44,608 nucleotides of DNA from Chloroflexota bacterium (GTDB taxonomy: Bacteria > Chloroflexota > UBA6077 > SHYK01): the NCBI GenBank assembly GCA_034666705.1, contig JAXDLH010000488.1, positions 1-44,608 on the forward strand. The letters are read 5' to 3'. The position numbers and the translations under genes are program-made. The first letter of the stretch is position 1; every line of letters begins with the position of its first letter. The notes beneath the pieces were generated by a model that saw only the letters and a program-made list of their open reading frames with translations, had not been told where the DNA came from and ran no database searches. Below are positions 1 through 9,735 of this stretch, piece by piece.

Positions 1-138
1 GGGGCCCGCCACACCCGGGGGTGCGCCGGCCCCCACGTCATTTCGATGACAATGACGACGCGACAGAGGCGAATGCAGAGGTGCGGCCGGACGGTGATAA
101 GAGTTGCGCAAAACATGCGTAACGAGCGGGGATCGCAC

Positions 139-154
139 TTGGCATAAGGGCTGC
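139..154 (+). promoter_or_regulatory. possible sigma54-type -24/-12 promoter
   Basis: TTGGCATAAGGGCTGC has GG-N10-GC spacing, just upstream of the kinase ORF. Single motif with no supporting activator in the window. Confidence 0.25.
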
Positions 155-177
155 CGGCAGCATACAGTCGGTCTCCA

Positions 178-2880
178 ATGGAACGAACAATGCGCGGCTC
201 CCACCCTGGCAGTGCACGGGCCTCTCGGCTCGATCGGCGCGCCGTGCGCAACGGTCGCGGCGGCGAATCCAATTGGCAGTTGCTTCCGTGGTTGCCGCTC
301 GTCGAAACGCTCGCCAGGCACGCGTGGAACCACCGGCTCTGGTTGCTGAGCGGGGCGGTCGCGGCCGGGATGATGCTAACTCGCGAACGGTGGAGTCTCG
401 CCGTAGCAGTTGGCGCCACCTGGTGCACCTTCGCTGCGCTGTGGGCACTATGGCGCGACGTGCCGGCGCGACCAGCATGGCTCGCGATGGCTATCGGGCT
501 GGCGGCGTTTGCGATCGCAGGTACGACCGACGAGCTTGCCGCACGCCGCGGTGTTGAGGCGGGAGCCATCCGCTTCGTCGATGCCTGCATGTACGTGTTC
601 GCGATCTGCACTGCCCTTGCGCAATTCGCCTGGCCAGAGATGCGTCAATTCTCGCGGCGGGTTACGGTTACGCTCGCCGACCTGGTGACCCTGGTGAGCG
701 CATCCGTGCTCTGGGCGTCGGTTGGTTTTCCGCCGCTTGACGTGATCTGGACCGTAGGGTCACTCGGCACTCTCGTCCAATCCGCAGAGTTCATCCTGCC
801 GCTTCTGGCGATCGGCCTCGTATCCCCGCAGCTGCCACGCCGCCGGCGGCGGACGGTTGGTCTGATTGGCGTTGCATTGGCAAGCGGACTGGCGGCGGAC
901 CTCCTTGGCAATTCGCTCCAGGACCGGTCGAGCACCGTGATGCCGGGCGCGATGGTATTTCAGATAGTGGAGTTCATGCTGCTGTTCTGGGCCGCCCTCG
1001 ATGCCGCCCGCGGCGATCCGGTCGCAGAAGCACCGCCCGCTGAGGAATTGGCGCCTCCTTTTGTCGTTCCGGGCGTGCTGGGACTGGCAGCGCTCGTGTC
1101 GGCCGCTGGGCGGATGAGCAGCTTGAACGCTCCGCAGGATCTATTCGTCCTGGCCGTTGGCGGAAGCCTGGTTGCGCGCGAATTTTTTCGAGTGGCTGAG
1201 CGCCACCGCTGGCAGGAGCGGACGACGACCTCGCTCGAGCTCGAAGCGCGCTTGTTGGACCTCCATGCCGATGCCCTCTCCGATCTCTCCCCGGAGCGCG
1301 CCCTGCGAGATACCTGTCATCTTGCCGCGGAGGTGCTGCGCGCGACAGGTGCCCTGGCATGGACGGCAGAGGATGAATCGCTGCGGCTCCTCGGAGCTGG
1401 GCCAGCGCGACGGGAGTCGCTGGCTGGCCGGAAGGTCAGCCTCGCCGAGATCGACTGCCTCGCGGTGCGTGTCTTTCTCACCGGCTCGGCCGAAGTATGT
1501 ACCGCGTCCGCGCTGACCGAGCATACGGACCGCTTCTTCGCGACGGTGATGGATGCGGCGTCGATGCTCGCCGTCCCGATGATTCGGGAAGGCACCACAA
1601 TTGGCACGCTCGTGCTGGCCCGGGACGCCCACGCGCCCGCATTCAGCCAATTCGACGAGCGCAAGGCTGCCCTCATCGCGAGCCAGGCCGCCGGCGCGCT
1701 GCGCCGACTCGAGTTGTATGGCGAGCTTAAGGGGCAGGTTGCGGAAGACATGCTCGTACATCGCTTCGCCACCCGGGCCGTCGGTGCGCGCAATGCGAGT
1801 GACATCGCCCTCTTGTTGCTCGAGCATTTGCAGGAGCACAGCCCCTTCGACCGCGCCTCGGTTTGCCTCACCGACGACGTGGGCCGAGGGCGCCTCATCC
1901 CGCTCGCGCATCTGAACCCAGGTGGCAGCAGATGGCCCCGCATCGCCGAGGGCATTGTCAACATCCGTGTGCCGCTCCAGGCTGGGCTGCGGGTTGTAGG
2001 ATACGTCGACCTCGATCGCGCGAACGGACGGCCATTCACGCCCGACGAGGAACGCGTGGCGTTGCGATTGGTCGAACAGGCGGCAACGGCGATGCAAAGT
2101 GTGCGTCTGCAGGAGGAGTCCAGTAAGGCGGCGACGTACCGCGAGCTCGATCGTCTGAAGACCGATCTGCTGAACGCGGTATCACACGACCTGCGTGCCC
2201 CACTCGCAAACATCAAGGCCTACGCGAGTACCCTGGTCGACGCAATGGACGCTATGGATGCCGACGAGCAGTTGGTGTACTTGAAGACAATCGAGGAGGA
2301 GTCGGACCGGCTCCGCGACCTGCTCGAGCACTTGCTCGACCTGTCCAAGATCGAGGCCGGCGTCCTGCAGGTCGATCTCCAACCGGTGAGCCTCCCGCGG
2401 ATCATCGATCAAACGTTGCACAGCATCGCGCGAACGAGCCACACGTTCGAGGTCGATGTCTCGCCTGATCTCTTCGTGCTCGCCGATGGGCGGCGACTGC
2501 GCCAGGTGCTGCACAATCTCATCGAGAATGCGGTCAAGTACTCGCCGGACGGAGGCCCCATCGTCGTTGGTGCTCGCGTCACTGGCCGGGAAGTTCAGGT
2601 TGCCGTGCAGGACCATGGCATTGGTATCGCTGCCCATCAACGCGACCGGGTTTTCCAGCCGTATCAGCGCGCCGACACCGCAAAAACTCGCCGGATCAGC
2701 GGCAATGGCTTGGGGCTGGCGATCTGCAAGGGTATCATCGAGGCGCACCATGGGCGCATCTGGGTTGACAGCGAGGCGGGTGTCGGAAGCACCTTCGTTT
2801 TCACGCTGCAGTACGCGGCAATTGCAGCCTCAGAAGAGCTGGCCCACGACAGCGCCGCGTATGGAGTCCAGGTCGGCTAA
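178..2880 (+). CDS. membrane-bound sensor histidine kinase (multi-TM N-terminus, two GAF domains, HisKA, HATPase)
   Basis: H-box AVSHDLRAPL, N-box NLIENAVKYS, G-boxes DHGIGI and GNGLGLAI; GAF-like SMLAVPMIREGTTIGTL; hydrophobic N-terminal third. Start uncertain. Confidence 0.92.
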   Translation: MERTMRGSHPGSARASRLDRRAVRNGRGGESNWQLLPWLPLVETLARHAWNHRLWLLSGAVAAGMMLTRERWSLAVAVGATWCTFAALWALWRDVPARPAWLAMAIGLAAFAIAGTTDELAARRGVEAGAIRFVDACMYVFAICTALAQFAWPEMRQFSRRVTVTLADLVTLVSASVLWASVGFPPLDVIWTVGSLGTLVQSAEFILPLLAIGLVSPQLPRRRRRTVGLIGVALASGLAADLLGNSLQDRSSTVMPGAMVFQIVEFMLLFWAALDAARGDPVAEAPPAEELAPPFVVPGVLGLAALVSAAGRMSSLNAPQDLFVLAVGGSLVAREFFRVAERHRWQERTTTSLELEARLLDLHADALSDLSPERALRDTCHLAAEVLRATGALAWTAEDESLRLLGAGPARRESLAGRKVSLAEIDCLAVRVFLTGSAEVCTASALTEHTDRFFATVMDAASMLAVPMIREGTTIGTLVLARDAHAPAFSQFDERKAALIASQAAGALRRLELYGELKGQVAEDMLVHRFATRAVGARNASDIALLLLEHLQEHSPFDRASVCLTDDVGRGRLIPLAHLNPGGSRWPRIAEGIVNIRVPLQAGLRVVGYVDLDRANGRPFTPDEERVALRLVEQAATAMQSVRLQEESSKAATYRELDRLKTDLLNAVSHDLRAPLANIKAYASTLVDAMDAMDADEQLVYLKTIEEESDRLRDLLEHLLDLSKIEAGVLQVDLQPVSLPRIIDQTLHSIARTSHTFEVDVSPDLFVLADGRRLRQVLHNLIENAVKYSPDGGPIVVGARVTGREVQVAVQDHGIGIAAHQRDRVFQPYQRADTAKTRRISGNGLGLAICKGIIEAHHGRIWVDSEAGVGSTFVFTLQYAAIAASEELAHDSAAYGVQVG

Positions 2881-2930
2881 CCACGCAGACGCCTGTCCAT
2901 TCAACGAGAACCTCAGCCTGAGGAGCGGAC

Positions 2931-3659
2931 ATGAACGGGAAGCCGAGCAAAAACACATGCATCGTGATCGCCGACGACGATCCAAAAATGATCCGACTGC
3001 TTCGTCGCAATCTCGAGCAGGCAGGCTTCCGCGTCGCCGCGGCGACCGATGGTCCGTCCGCGCTCACGCTTGTGGAATCGGAAGACCCGGACCTCATGGT
3101 GCTGGACGTAATGATGCCCGGTATGGATGGCTGCGAGGTACTCGCGCGGCTCCGCGAGTTCACCTGGATTCCGGTGATCATCCTGTCCGGCAAGGATGCG
3201 GAGAGCGATATCGTGCGCGGTCTGGAAGCCGGTGCCGACGATTATGTACTCAAGCCATTCGCGCCCCGCGAGCTCCTCGCGCGCGTGCAGGCCGCCCTCC
3301 GCCGCTCGAATCTCAGCGGCGATGACCGAACTCCGGCGGTGTTGCGGAATGGCGAGCTCACGATCGACTATGCGCAACACCTCGTCACGCTGGGTGAGGA
3401 AGAGATCCCGTTGACCCCCACGGAATATCGGCTCGTCGCATGCCTCGGCCAGAACGTCGGCCGGACGCTGACTCAGGAGGACATCCTGCTCCGCGTCTGG
3501 GGTAATGGCTATCAAGACGAGGCGCATCTGCTGCGAGTGAACATCGCTCGGCTCCGCGGCAAGCTCCGGGAGAACGGAGCCACGTCGCGGTTCGTGGTAA
3601 CTCGGCCAGGCGTAGGCTATACGATGCCTCGTGTCGACGAGCCGGTGCGGAGCGCGTAA
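2931..3659 (+). CDS. OmpR/KdpE-family response regulator
   Basis: Receiver motifs IADDD, LDVMMP, GADDYVLKPF; winged helix LTPTEY...LRVNIARLRGKL...GVGY; SD GAGGAG upstream. Confidence 0.95.
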   Translation: MNGKPSKNTCIVIADDDPKMIRLLRRNLEQAGFRVAAATDGPSALTLVESEDPDLMVLDVMMPGMDGCEVLARLREFTWIPVIILSGKDAESDIVRGLEAGADDYVLKPFAPRELLARVQAALRRSNLSGDDRTPAVLRNGELTIDYAQHLVTLGEEEIPLTPTEYRLVACLGQNVGRTLTQEDILLRVWGNGYQDEAHLLRVNIARLRGKLRENGATSRFVVTRPGVGYTMPRVDEPVRSA

Positions 3660-3940
3660 GCGGGTACCACTCCATGTGATCACGCTGTGATTGGGCGTGC
3701 ACAGTGCGTAATTGGGCTGTGACGCTTCCGCATGCAGAATATGCGTGCCTGCCGTACGTAGGTGAGCAATTACGAGTTGAGCGTGCGGCAATAAGCGTGT
3801 GACGAGCAACGACCGCCGGCGAGCGGTGTTGCAGCCGAGCGAGGCCAGTGGTTACCCTTCTCGAAGCCAATCCTCCCGCCACCCGGGCACGGCACGCATT
3901 GTGGCCGTGGACCGGGGGAGCGTTGAAGACAGAGGCGAAG

Positions 3941-4453
3941 GTGGCCACTGAGGAACTCTCATACCGAATCCGTGCAGCGACTCCCGAGGACGCAGCGAGT
4001 CTGCGTGAGATCTCGGGCAAAACCCTAGCGCACCCCGAAGGACGGGCCCGTCGCGAGGGGTACAACGCGGCCGCCCAGCGGGGTGAGCTGCTGGTTCTCG
4101 AGCGCTACGAAGGTCGGGTGCGCGATTGGCGCATCAACGCCTTCGCCGAGTGGCACATCCGTGTAGACGACGTACTGACGATCCGAGACATCGGCACGGA
4201 GGGCGAGGCCCCGCACTCCGGCATGGTCAAACAACTGGTCAACGAGTTGATCCGCTCTCTGGCACCCGTCGAGGCTGGCCTGAAGGTCCGGAAGGATGCG
4301 GGGGAGTGGAACGACATCATTGGCAGTATCGCGGGTTTCGAGCTCGAGGGATCGGAGTACCGACGACCGCACTGGATCAACGTCTGGAAGTGGACGCGTG
4401 AGCAGGCCGCGCAGGCGGCTCGGCCCCAGCGTCCGCCGCGATTCCGCCGATGA
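3941..4453 (+). CDS. hypothetical protein, GNAT-like fold
   Basis: IRAATPEDA N-terminal motif typical of GNAT folds; degenerate acetyl-CoA loop (HSGMVKQLV). GTG start at 3941 after GAGG; ORF is open from 3848. Confidence 0.6.
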   Translation: MATEELSYRIRAATPEDAASLREISGKTLAHPEGRARREGYNAAAQRGELLVLERYEGRVRDWRINAFAEWHIRVDDVLTIRDIGTEGEAPHSGMVKQLVNELIRSLAPVEAGLKVRKDAGEWNDIIGSIAGFELEGSEYRRPHWINVWKWTREQAAQAARPQRPPRFRR

Positions 4454-4500
4454 GCGCGGCTGCACTCCTGATGCAGGCCGACTGACGAGTGGAGGTTCGC

Positions 4501-5403
4501 ATGCGCAGCACCGCCGACAGCGGGCTCAGTGAGTGCATCGATGCATTTCTCGACCACATGGCGAATCAACGTCGCGTGGCGCCGAATACCATCGCGGCAT
4601 ACCACAACGACTTGCGCCAATTCGTGGAGCACCTCGTGGCTGAGGCCGATGACCTCACGCGACTCGCGAGTTTGGATAGTGCGGCGCTCACGGGATACGT
4701 CCTGTGCTTGCGAGACAAGGGATACGCCCAGGCTACAGTCGCGCGCAAGATCGCTGCGGTGAAGTCATTCTTCCACTATGCTGTCGAGTCGGGACTCGTC
4801 CGCGAGAATCCAGCCGCGGCGCTCGACTCGCCGCGGGTGCGGCGCGCGCAACCGCGGCCGGCCAGCGCTGCTGACGTCCAGGCGCTCCTGGACGCGGGGT
4901 GCTCTGGTGCGGGGCCCGACAGCCTGCGCAATCGCGCCATGCTCACGCTGCTCTATCACTCTGGCATGCGAGTCAGCGAGGTGGTGGCACTCGACGTACA
5001 CGACCTCGATCTTAGTGCGGGAACGGTGCTCTGCCGTGGGCGCGGGGACCGCGCGCGTTCTATTCCATTGCCGGTAGAAGCTCGCGACGCGCTCGATCTG
5101 TACCTCGACGAGGGGCGTCCGCTGCTAGGGCGTGACTTGAGCGAGGAGGAGCATGCGTTGTTCCTCAACCACCGCGGGACCCGCCTGACCCGGCAGGGCT
5201 TTTGGCTCATCATGAAGGACCGGGCGCGGGAGGCTGGCATCGAGGCGTCGATTACCCCCCACACGCTCCGCCACTCGTTCGCTTACCAGCACCTCGACAG
5301 CGGCACCGCCCTACGGGAGCTGAAAGAGCTGCTCGGGCATATGAATATCTCGACCACCCAGATTTACACCACGCCAGACCATGTAACTCCCGCTTCCGCA
5401 TAG
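4501..5403 (+). CDS. xerD: site-specific tyrosine recombinase, XerD-like
   Basis: N-terminal SAM-like domain NTIAAYHNDL; HSGMRVSE, LTRQGFW, TPHTLRHSFA, LLGH..ISTTQIY; GGAGG SD before ATG 4501. Confidence 0.85.
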   Translation: MRSTADSGLSECIDAFLDHMANQRRVAPNTIAAYHNDLRQFVEHLVAEADDLTRLASLDSAALTGYVLCLRDKGYAQATVARKIAAVKSFFHYAVESGLVRENPAAALDSPRVRRAQPRPASAADVQALLDAGCSGAGPDSLRNRAMLTLLYHSGMRVSEVVALDVHDLDLSAGTVLCRGRGDRARSIPLPVEARDALDLYLDEGRPLLGRDLSEEEHALFLNHRGTRLTRQGFWLIMKDRAREAGIEASITPHTLRHSFAYQHLDSGTALRELKELLGHMNISTTQIYTTPDHVTPASA

Positions 5404-5468
5404 CCTGGCATAGAGCCCGCCTCCCCGACCCTTCATGCTAGAGTACGAGTGACCCGAGCCCGCACTGC

Positions 5469-7421
5469 GTGGCGCTGCCATCCATTACAGCGGAGCATCG
5501 GCGCGGTGGTCCCTTGGTCGCTCGAACCCGAATCACTCGCGTCAGCTGGCCTTCCGGGCCAATTTTGCTTCTCCTCTGCGTCGCATTTTTTCTGGCGGTG
5601 GGAGGGGCCCGCGGCGCCCCGGCCGTCGCGCTCAGTCCAAATGAGACGGCACAGGCGGTCCAGAGCGCGGTGCCCGCGCCTCGCGATCTCGTCCAGCTCG
5701 CCGAAGCGTACCGCGGCTTGCGTGCGGTACCCCAGATCGTCAACGCCGACCAGCCGTCTTACGAGATCGGTCGCCGCGACAGTTTCTGGATCTCCACGCA
5801 GAATCCACCCACGCAGCGCCAATCCTCGGCCACCCTGCAGTTGATCGGACGGCACGCCTACTGGTACGTGCAGGATGGCTTCTCCGCGCCCGACGATGCG
5901 CTGCAGCGCAATGCGGCATTCTTCGACGATCAGACCTATCCGCGGGTCCGCCAGCTCGTCGGCAGCGAGCCGTTTCCCGGCATCGACAACGACCCGCGGA
6001 TCACGATCTTTCTCGGCGACGTGCCTCAGGTGGCGGGCTACGTGACCGCCTCGGACACCGTGCCGACAGCGGTTCATCCCTACTCGAACGAGCGGGACAT
6101 GGTGTACCTGAACCTGCGGGCGCTCAAGGTTGGGCAGCGGGAACTGGATGGCACGCTTGCCCACGAGTTCACGCACCTCGTCCACGGGAACGTCAACGCC
6201 GCCGAAGATACCTGGGTCAAAGAGGGGCTCGCGGAGCTTGTCTCCTCGATCGTCGTGCCTGATCGCCCGGAGCACGGCCTGCCGTCCTCGGCCTTCGCGT
6301 CACTCCCAGATTTGCAACTGAGCTCGTGGTCTGATCCCGAGCTTCCAGGTCCACCCGTCGCTGCGCACTATCAGGCTGGATCCTGGTTTCTTCGCTATTT
6401 CGTGGATCGCTTCGGAGACGGGGCACTCCAGCCGCTCCTGAGCCGCCCAGCGCACGGACCCGCCAATTTCGACGGTTTTCTCGCCGACCGAGGTCTTGGG
6501 CTGAGCTTTGCCGACCTATTCGCCGACTGGACCGTCGCGAATCTCGTGGGGCAGCGCACCGATTCCACCGTCTGGTCGTATCGGTCTTCACAGCCGACGG
6601 TGCCACGGACTCGCCCGATTGCGGTGGGGGATACCGTACACGACACCGTGGCGCAGTTCGGGACCGATTATTTCGAGATGCAGCCTGCCCGACCATTTAC
6701 GCTGGCATTCTCAGGCTCCACCGTGGTGCCCGTCGTGGGCACTGAGCCAATCGGAGGCGACGCGATGTGGTTCGGGGGTCGAGCCGATGGCGCCGTCGCC
6801 ACGATGACGCGCGACTTCGACTTGACGACCGTAAGCGCGCCGACGCTCACCTACGACGCCTGGTACGACCTCGAGCATCAATACGATTATGCGTACCTGT
6901 CGGCCTCGACCGACGGCGGTCATACGTGGACGCTGCTCGGAACACCCGCAATGGAACGCGAGAATCCGAGCGGTAACGGACTGGGCGTTGGCTACACGGG
7001 GCACAGCGGTGGTGGGTCTGAGGCTCAATGGATTCACGAGTTCGTAGATCTGAGCCAATTCGATGGCGAGACCGTACGGCTCGCATTCAGCTACATCACC
7101 GACGATGCCGTCACGCATGAGGGAATCGTGCTCGACAACGTCCGCTTGGATGCGGTTGGCTACGACGACCATGATCCGACCGCCGGGCCCTGGAGCCTGC
7201 AAGGCTGGACGCGTGTCGGTCCGGCGATACTGCAGACGTGGTCAGTACAGGTCGTCGAGTTCGCCGGATCCGACGTCCGCGTGTCGCGAGTACCCGTCTC
7301 CGAGTCGGGGGAGGCGACGTGGTCCACAAGTGCAGCCGGTGATCGCAAGGCCGTGGTATTGATTTCCGGAACCGCACCCGTGACGCTCGAGCTCGCTTCC
7401 TATCAGCTCTCCTTTCGCTGA
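5469..7421 (+). CDS. secreted zinc metalloprotease, immune inhibitor A / M6-like
   Basis: Signal-like hydrophobic stretch; HEFTH zinc motif with downstream WVKEGLAE; C-terminal InhA/MAM-like domain (WYDLEHQYDYAY...STDGG...YITDDAV). Start uncertain. Confidence 0.8.
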   Translation: MALPSITAEHRRGGPLVARTRITRVSWPSGPILLLLCVAFFLAVGGARGAPAVALSPNETAQAVQSAVPAPRDLVQLAEAYRGLRAVPQIVNADQPSYEIGRRDSFWISTQNPPTQRQSSATLQLIGRHAYWYVQDGFSAPDDALQRNAAFFDDQTYPRVRQLVGSEPFPGIDNDPRITIFLGDVPQVAGYVTASDTVPTAVHPYSNERDMVYLNLRALKVGQRELDGTLAHEFTHLVHGNVNAAEDTWVKEGLAELVSSIVVPDRPEHGLPSSAFASLPDLQLSSWSDPELPGPPVAAHYQAGSWFLRYFVDRFGDGALQPLLSRPAHGPANFDGFLADRGLGLSFADLFADWTVANLVGQRTDSTVWSYRSSQPTVPRTRPIAVGDTVHDTVAQFGTDYFEMQPARPFTLAFSGSTVVPVVGTEPIGGDAMWFGGRADGAVATMTRDFDLTTVSAPTLTYDAWYDLEHQYDYAYLSASTDGGHTWTLLGTPAMERENPSGNGLGVGYTGHSGGGSEAQWIHEFVDLSQFDGETVRLAFSYITDDAVTHEGIVLDNVRLDAVGYDDHDPTAGPWSLQGWTRVGPAILQTWSVQVVEFAGSDVRVSRVPVSESGEATWSTSAAGDRKAVVLISGTAPVTLELASYQLSFR

Positions 7422-7650
7422 TCCTCGCCGCCGTTGGGTTCCAGGAATTGCCGTCACACGTAACTCACAGCTTCGTTCTGGAGCCCGGGGTTGGCACCCC
7501 CGTCCCGCATCATTCCCTCAATATCATGCCAGTGCGCGCCGCGAAAGCGCGAATCGCACAACGCCTTGACGCGCATGCCTGACAGACAATGGACTTCCAA
7601 GTTGCCGTGATCTTCCCTTCGAAGCTGGAAACGAGTACGCTCATATGTGC

Positions 7651-7680
7651 TTGACACCCTCAAAAAGGCGCCGATATCAT
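7651..7680 (+). promoter_or_regulatory. sigma70-type promoter of rny
   Basis: TTGACA-18 nt-TATCAT about 80 nt upstream of the rny ATG. Confidence 0.7.
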
Positions 7681-7761
7681 CCGTAAGGGTCACCAATTTG
7701 TGACGATTCGGAGCCTGGAATCGGGCTCAGAGCCTAAGAGTTTTGGAGGACGAGACGAATC

Positions 7762-9294
7762 ATGGAACTGGTCATCGTCATCCTCGTCGGCCTCATAGCG
7801 GTCGGCGTGGGGTTGGGTGCCGGGGTCCTACTTGGTCAGCGCGGCTATGGCGGCCGGGCGGCACAAGCGGAAACCGCGGCAGCGAAGCTCCTCGCTGACG
7901 CAGAGGCGAACAAGAAAGAGCTGCTCCTCGAAGCAAAAGAGGAGAGCATGAAGCTGCGAGCCGCAATCGAGAATGAAGCCAGGCAGCAGCGGGGAGAGCT
8001 CAAGACGGAGCAGAATCGGCTCCGCCAGAAGGAGGAGAACCTCGACCGTAAGGTTGAGGTTCTCGAGCAGCGCGAGCGCCGAATGGCGACGCGTGAGCAG
8101 GAGATCGAAGCGCGGGCAAAAGAGGTCGACGAGCTGCGGGCGAGTGAAGTTCACGAGCTCGAGCTCCTGGCACAGATGACCCGCGACGAAGCGCGCGGCA
8201 GCCTGATAACTCGTCTCGAATCCGAGATGCGTGAAGAGGCCGGACGCCGCGCGCGCCACATCGTGGAGGACGCGCGGCGCGACGCGAATGAAGAGGCGCG
8301 TCGTCTGGTCACCCTGGCAGTGCAGCGCATCGCAGGCGAGCACGTTGGCGAAACGACCGTGAGCGTCGTGCCAATCCCGAATGAGGAGATGAAGGGGCGG
8401 ATCATCGGACGCGAGGGGCGGAACATCCGCGCTCTCGAAGCTGCGACCGGTGTCGACCTCATCATCGACGAGACGCCAGATGCGGTCATGATCTCCGGCT
8501 TCGACCCCGTGCGCCGAGAGATCGCCCGGCTTTCGCTGAGCCGCCTGGTGCAGGATGGGCGAATTCACCCAGCTCGCATCGAAGAGGTCGTGGCGAAGGC
8601 GACCCAGGAGGTCGAAGAGGGGATGCTGCGGGCTGGCGAGGAGGCTGCGCTGGCGGCTGGCGTACACGGCCTGCATGCCGAGATCCTCAAGGTCTTTGGA
8701 CGCATGAAGTATCGGACCAGCTATGGCCAGAACCAGCTCGCGCACTCGGTCGAGGTGTCGCAGATCGCCCGCATCCTGGCGAATGAGCTCGGGGCGGACC
8801 CTGAAGTGGCTGCGCGTGGGGCCCTGCTGCACGATATCGGGAAGGTCATGGGCCACGAGGTGGACGGCCCGCACCACGTCATCGGCGCGGATTTCGTCCG
8901 GCGCTTCGGTGAGTCGGGCAAGGTGGCGGACGCCATTGTGGAGCACCACGACAGCGATCCCGAGCTCGTGGGCCTGGAGGCAGTCATCGTCCAGGCAGCC
9001 GACGCCATCTCCGGCGCTCGGCCCGGCGCACGCCACGAGAGCGTCGAGAACTACATCAAGCGGCTCGAGTCACTGGAGCAAATCGCGAACTCGTTCATGG
9101 GTGTGGAGAAATCGTTCGCGATTCAGGCGGGCCGCGAAGTACGCATCGTGGTCAAGCCCGACGAGATCGACGATCTTGGCTCGATTCGGCTCGCCCGCGA
9201 CATCGCGAAGAAGATCGAGGAGAACCTGCAGTATCCTGGCCAGGTCAAGGTGACCGTGGTGCGGGAGACGCGGGCCTTCGAGATCGCCCACTAG
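7762..9294 (+). CDS. rny: ribonuclease Y
   Basis: N-terminal TM anchor, coiled coil, KH domain ([14 protein letters not shown]), HD domain (LLHDIGK), C-terminal [21 protein letters not shown]; GGAGG SD. Confidence 0.98.
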   Translation: MELVIVILVGLIAVGVGLGAGVLLGQRGYGGRAAQAETAAAKLLADAEANKKELLLEAKEESMKLRAAIENEARQQRGELKTEQNRLRQKEENLDRKVEVLEQRERRMATREQEIEARAKEVDELRASEVHELELLAQMTRDEARGSLITRLESEMREEAGRRARHIVEDARRDANEEARRLVTLAVQRIAGEHVGETTVSVVPIPNEEMKGRIIGREGRNIRALEAATGVDLIIDETPDAVMISGFDPVRREIARLSLSRLVQDGRIHPARIEEVVAKATQEVEEGMLRAGEEAALAAGVHGLHAEILKVFGRMKYRTSYGQNQLAHSVEVSQIARILANELGADPEVAARGALLHDIGKVMGHEVDGPHHVIGADFVRRFGESGKVADAIVEHHDSDPELVGLEAVIVQAADAISGARPGARHESVENYIKRLESLEQIANSFMGVEKSFAIQAGREVRIVVKPDEIDDLGSIRLARDIAKKIEENLQYPGQVKVTVVRETRAFEIAH

Positions 9295-9315
9295 GCAAGA
9301 GGGAGCGCAGTCGTG

Positions 9316-9349
9316 GAGAGCAGGGCGCCCGGACAGGCGCCCTGCTCTC
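9316..9349 (+). terminator. intrinsic terminator-like hairpin after rny
   Basis: 14-bp perfect stem GAGAGCAGGGCGCC / GGCGCCCTGCTCTC with a 6-nt loop. Confidence 0.75.
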
Positions 9350-9499
9350 TGCTTATCCCTCACCTGCACGGCACCCGCCCATCTTACGCGTCGCGGTCGG
9401 TGCGGGCAGGGTCGTGGATGTAACGGGCCGAGGAATCCGACCCTATATGATGGCCCCAGCAGCCTAGCACTCAATTCCGGGAGAGAGGGATTTGGACCA

Positions 9500-9718
9500 A
9501 TGAACCCCGACGTCGAAGGGATTCTGAAAGGGCTTGGCAGCACCATCCTATGGACACTGGTGTCCGTGGCGATCGCCGCGGTCGTGATCGAGGTGATGAA
9601 CTGGCGTTATCACCTGATGGATGAGATCTTCAAGGACAACGACACTGGCGCTGCTATCCTGGCGGGGAGCTTTGTGCTCGGTATCTTCTACACCGTGGCG
9701 CAGATCGTCACCCACTGA
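9500..9718 (+). CDS. small two-TM membrane protein, DUF350-like
   Basis: 72 aa; two hydrophobic helices flanking LMDEIFKDNDTGAAIL, resembling the DUF350 pattern. Confidence 0.65.
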   Translation: MNPDVEGILKGLGSTILWTLVSVAIAAVVIEVMNWRYHLMDEIFKDNDTGAAILAGSFVLGIFYTVAQIVTH

Positions 9719-9735
9719 GCCGCCCGGGAACGTAT

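Noticed and set aside
62-3939. 12-nt match GACAGAGGCGAA at 62-73 and 3928-3939 flanking the two-component genes
   Set aside because: A single short match partly explained by SD-like content; plausible by chance and not enough to call a target-site duplication.
7454-7696. 80-aa minus-strand ORF upstream of rny
   Set aside because: Overlaps the rny promoter, has atypical codon usage and no SD or motif.
4454-7761. Integrated element or prophage anchored at the tyrosine recombinase
   Set aside because: The protein is Xer-like; no tRNA, att repeats, phage or conjugation genes, and no obvious compositional break.
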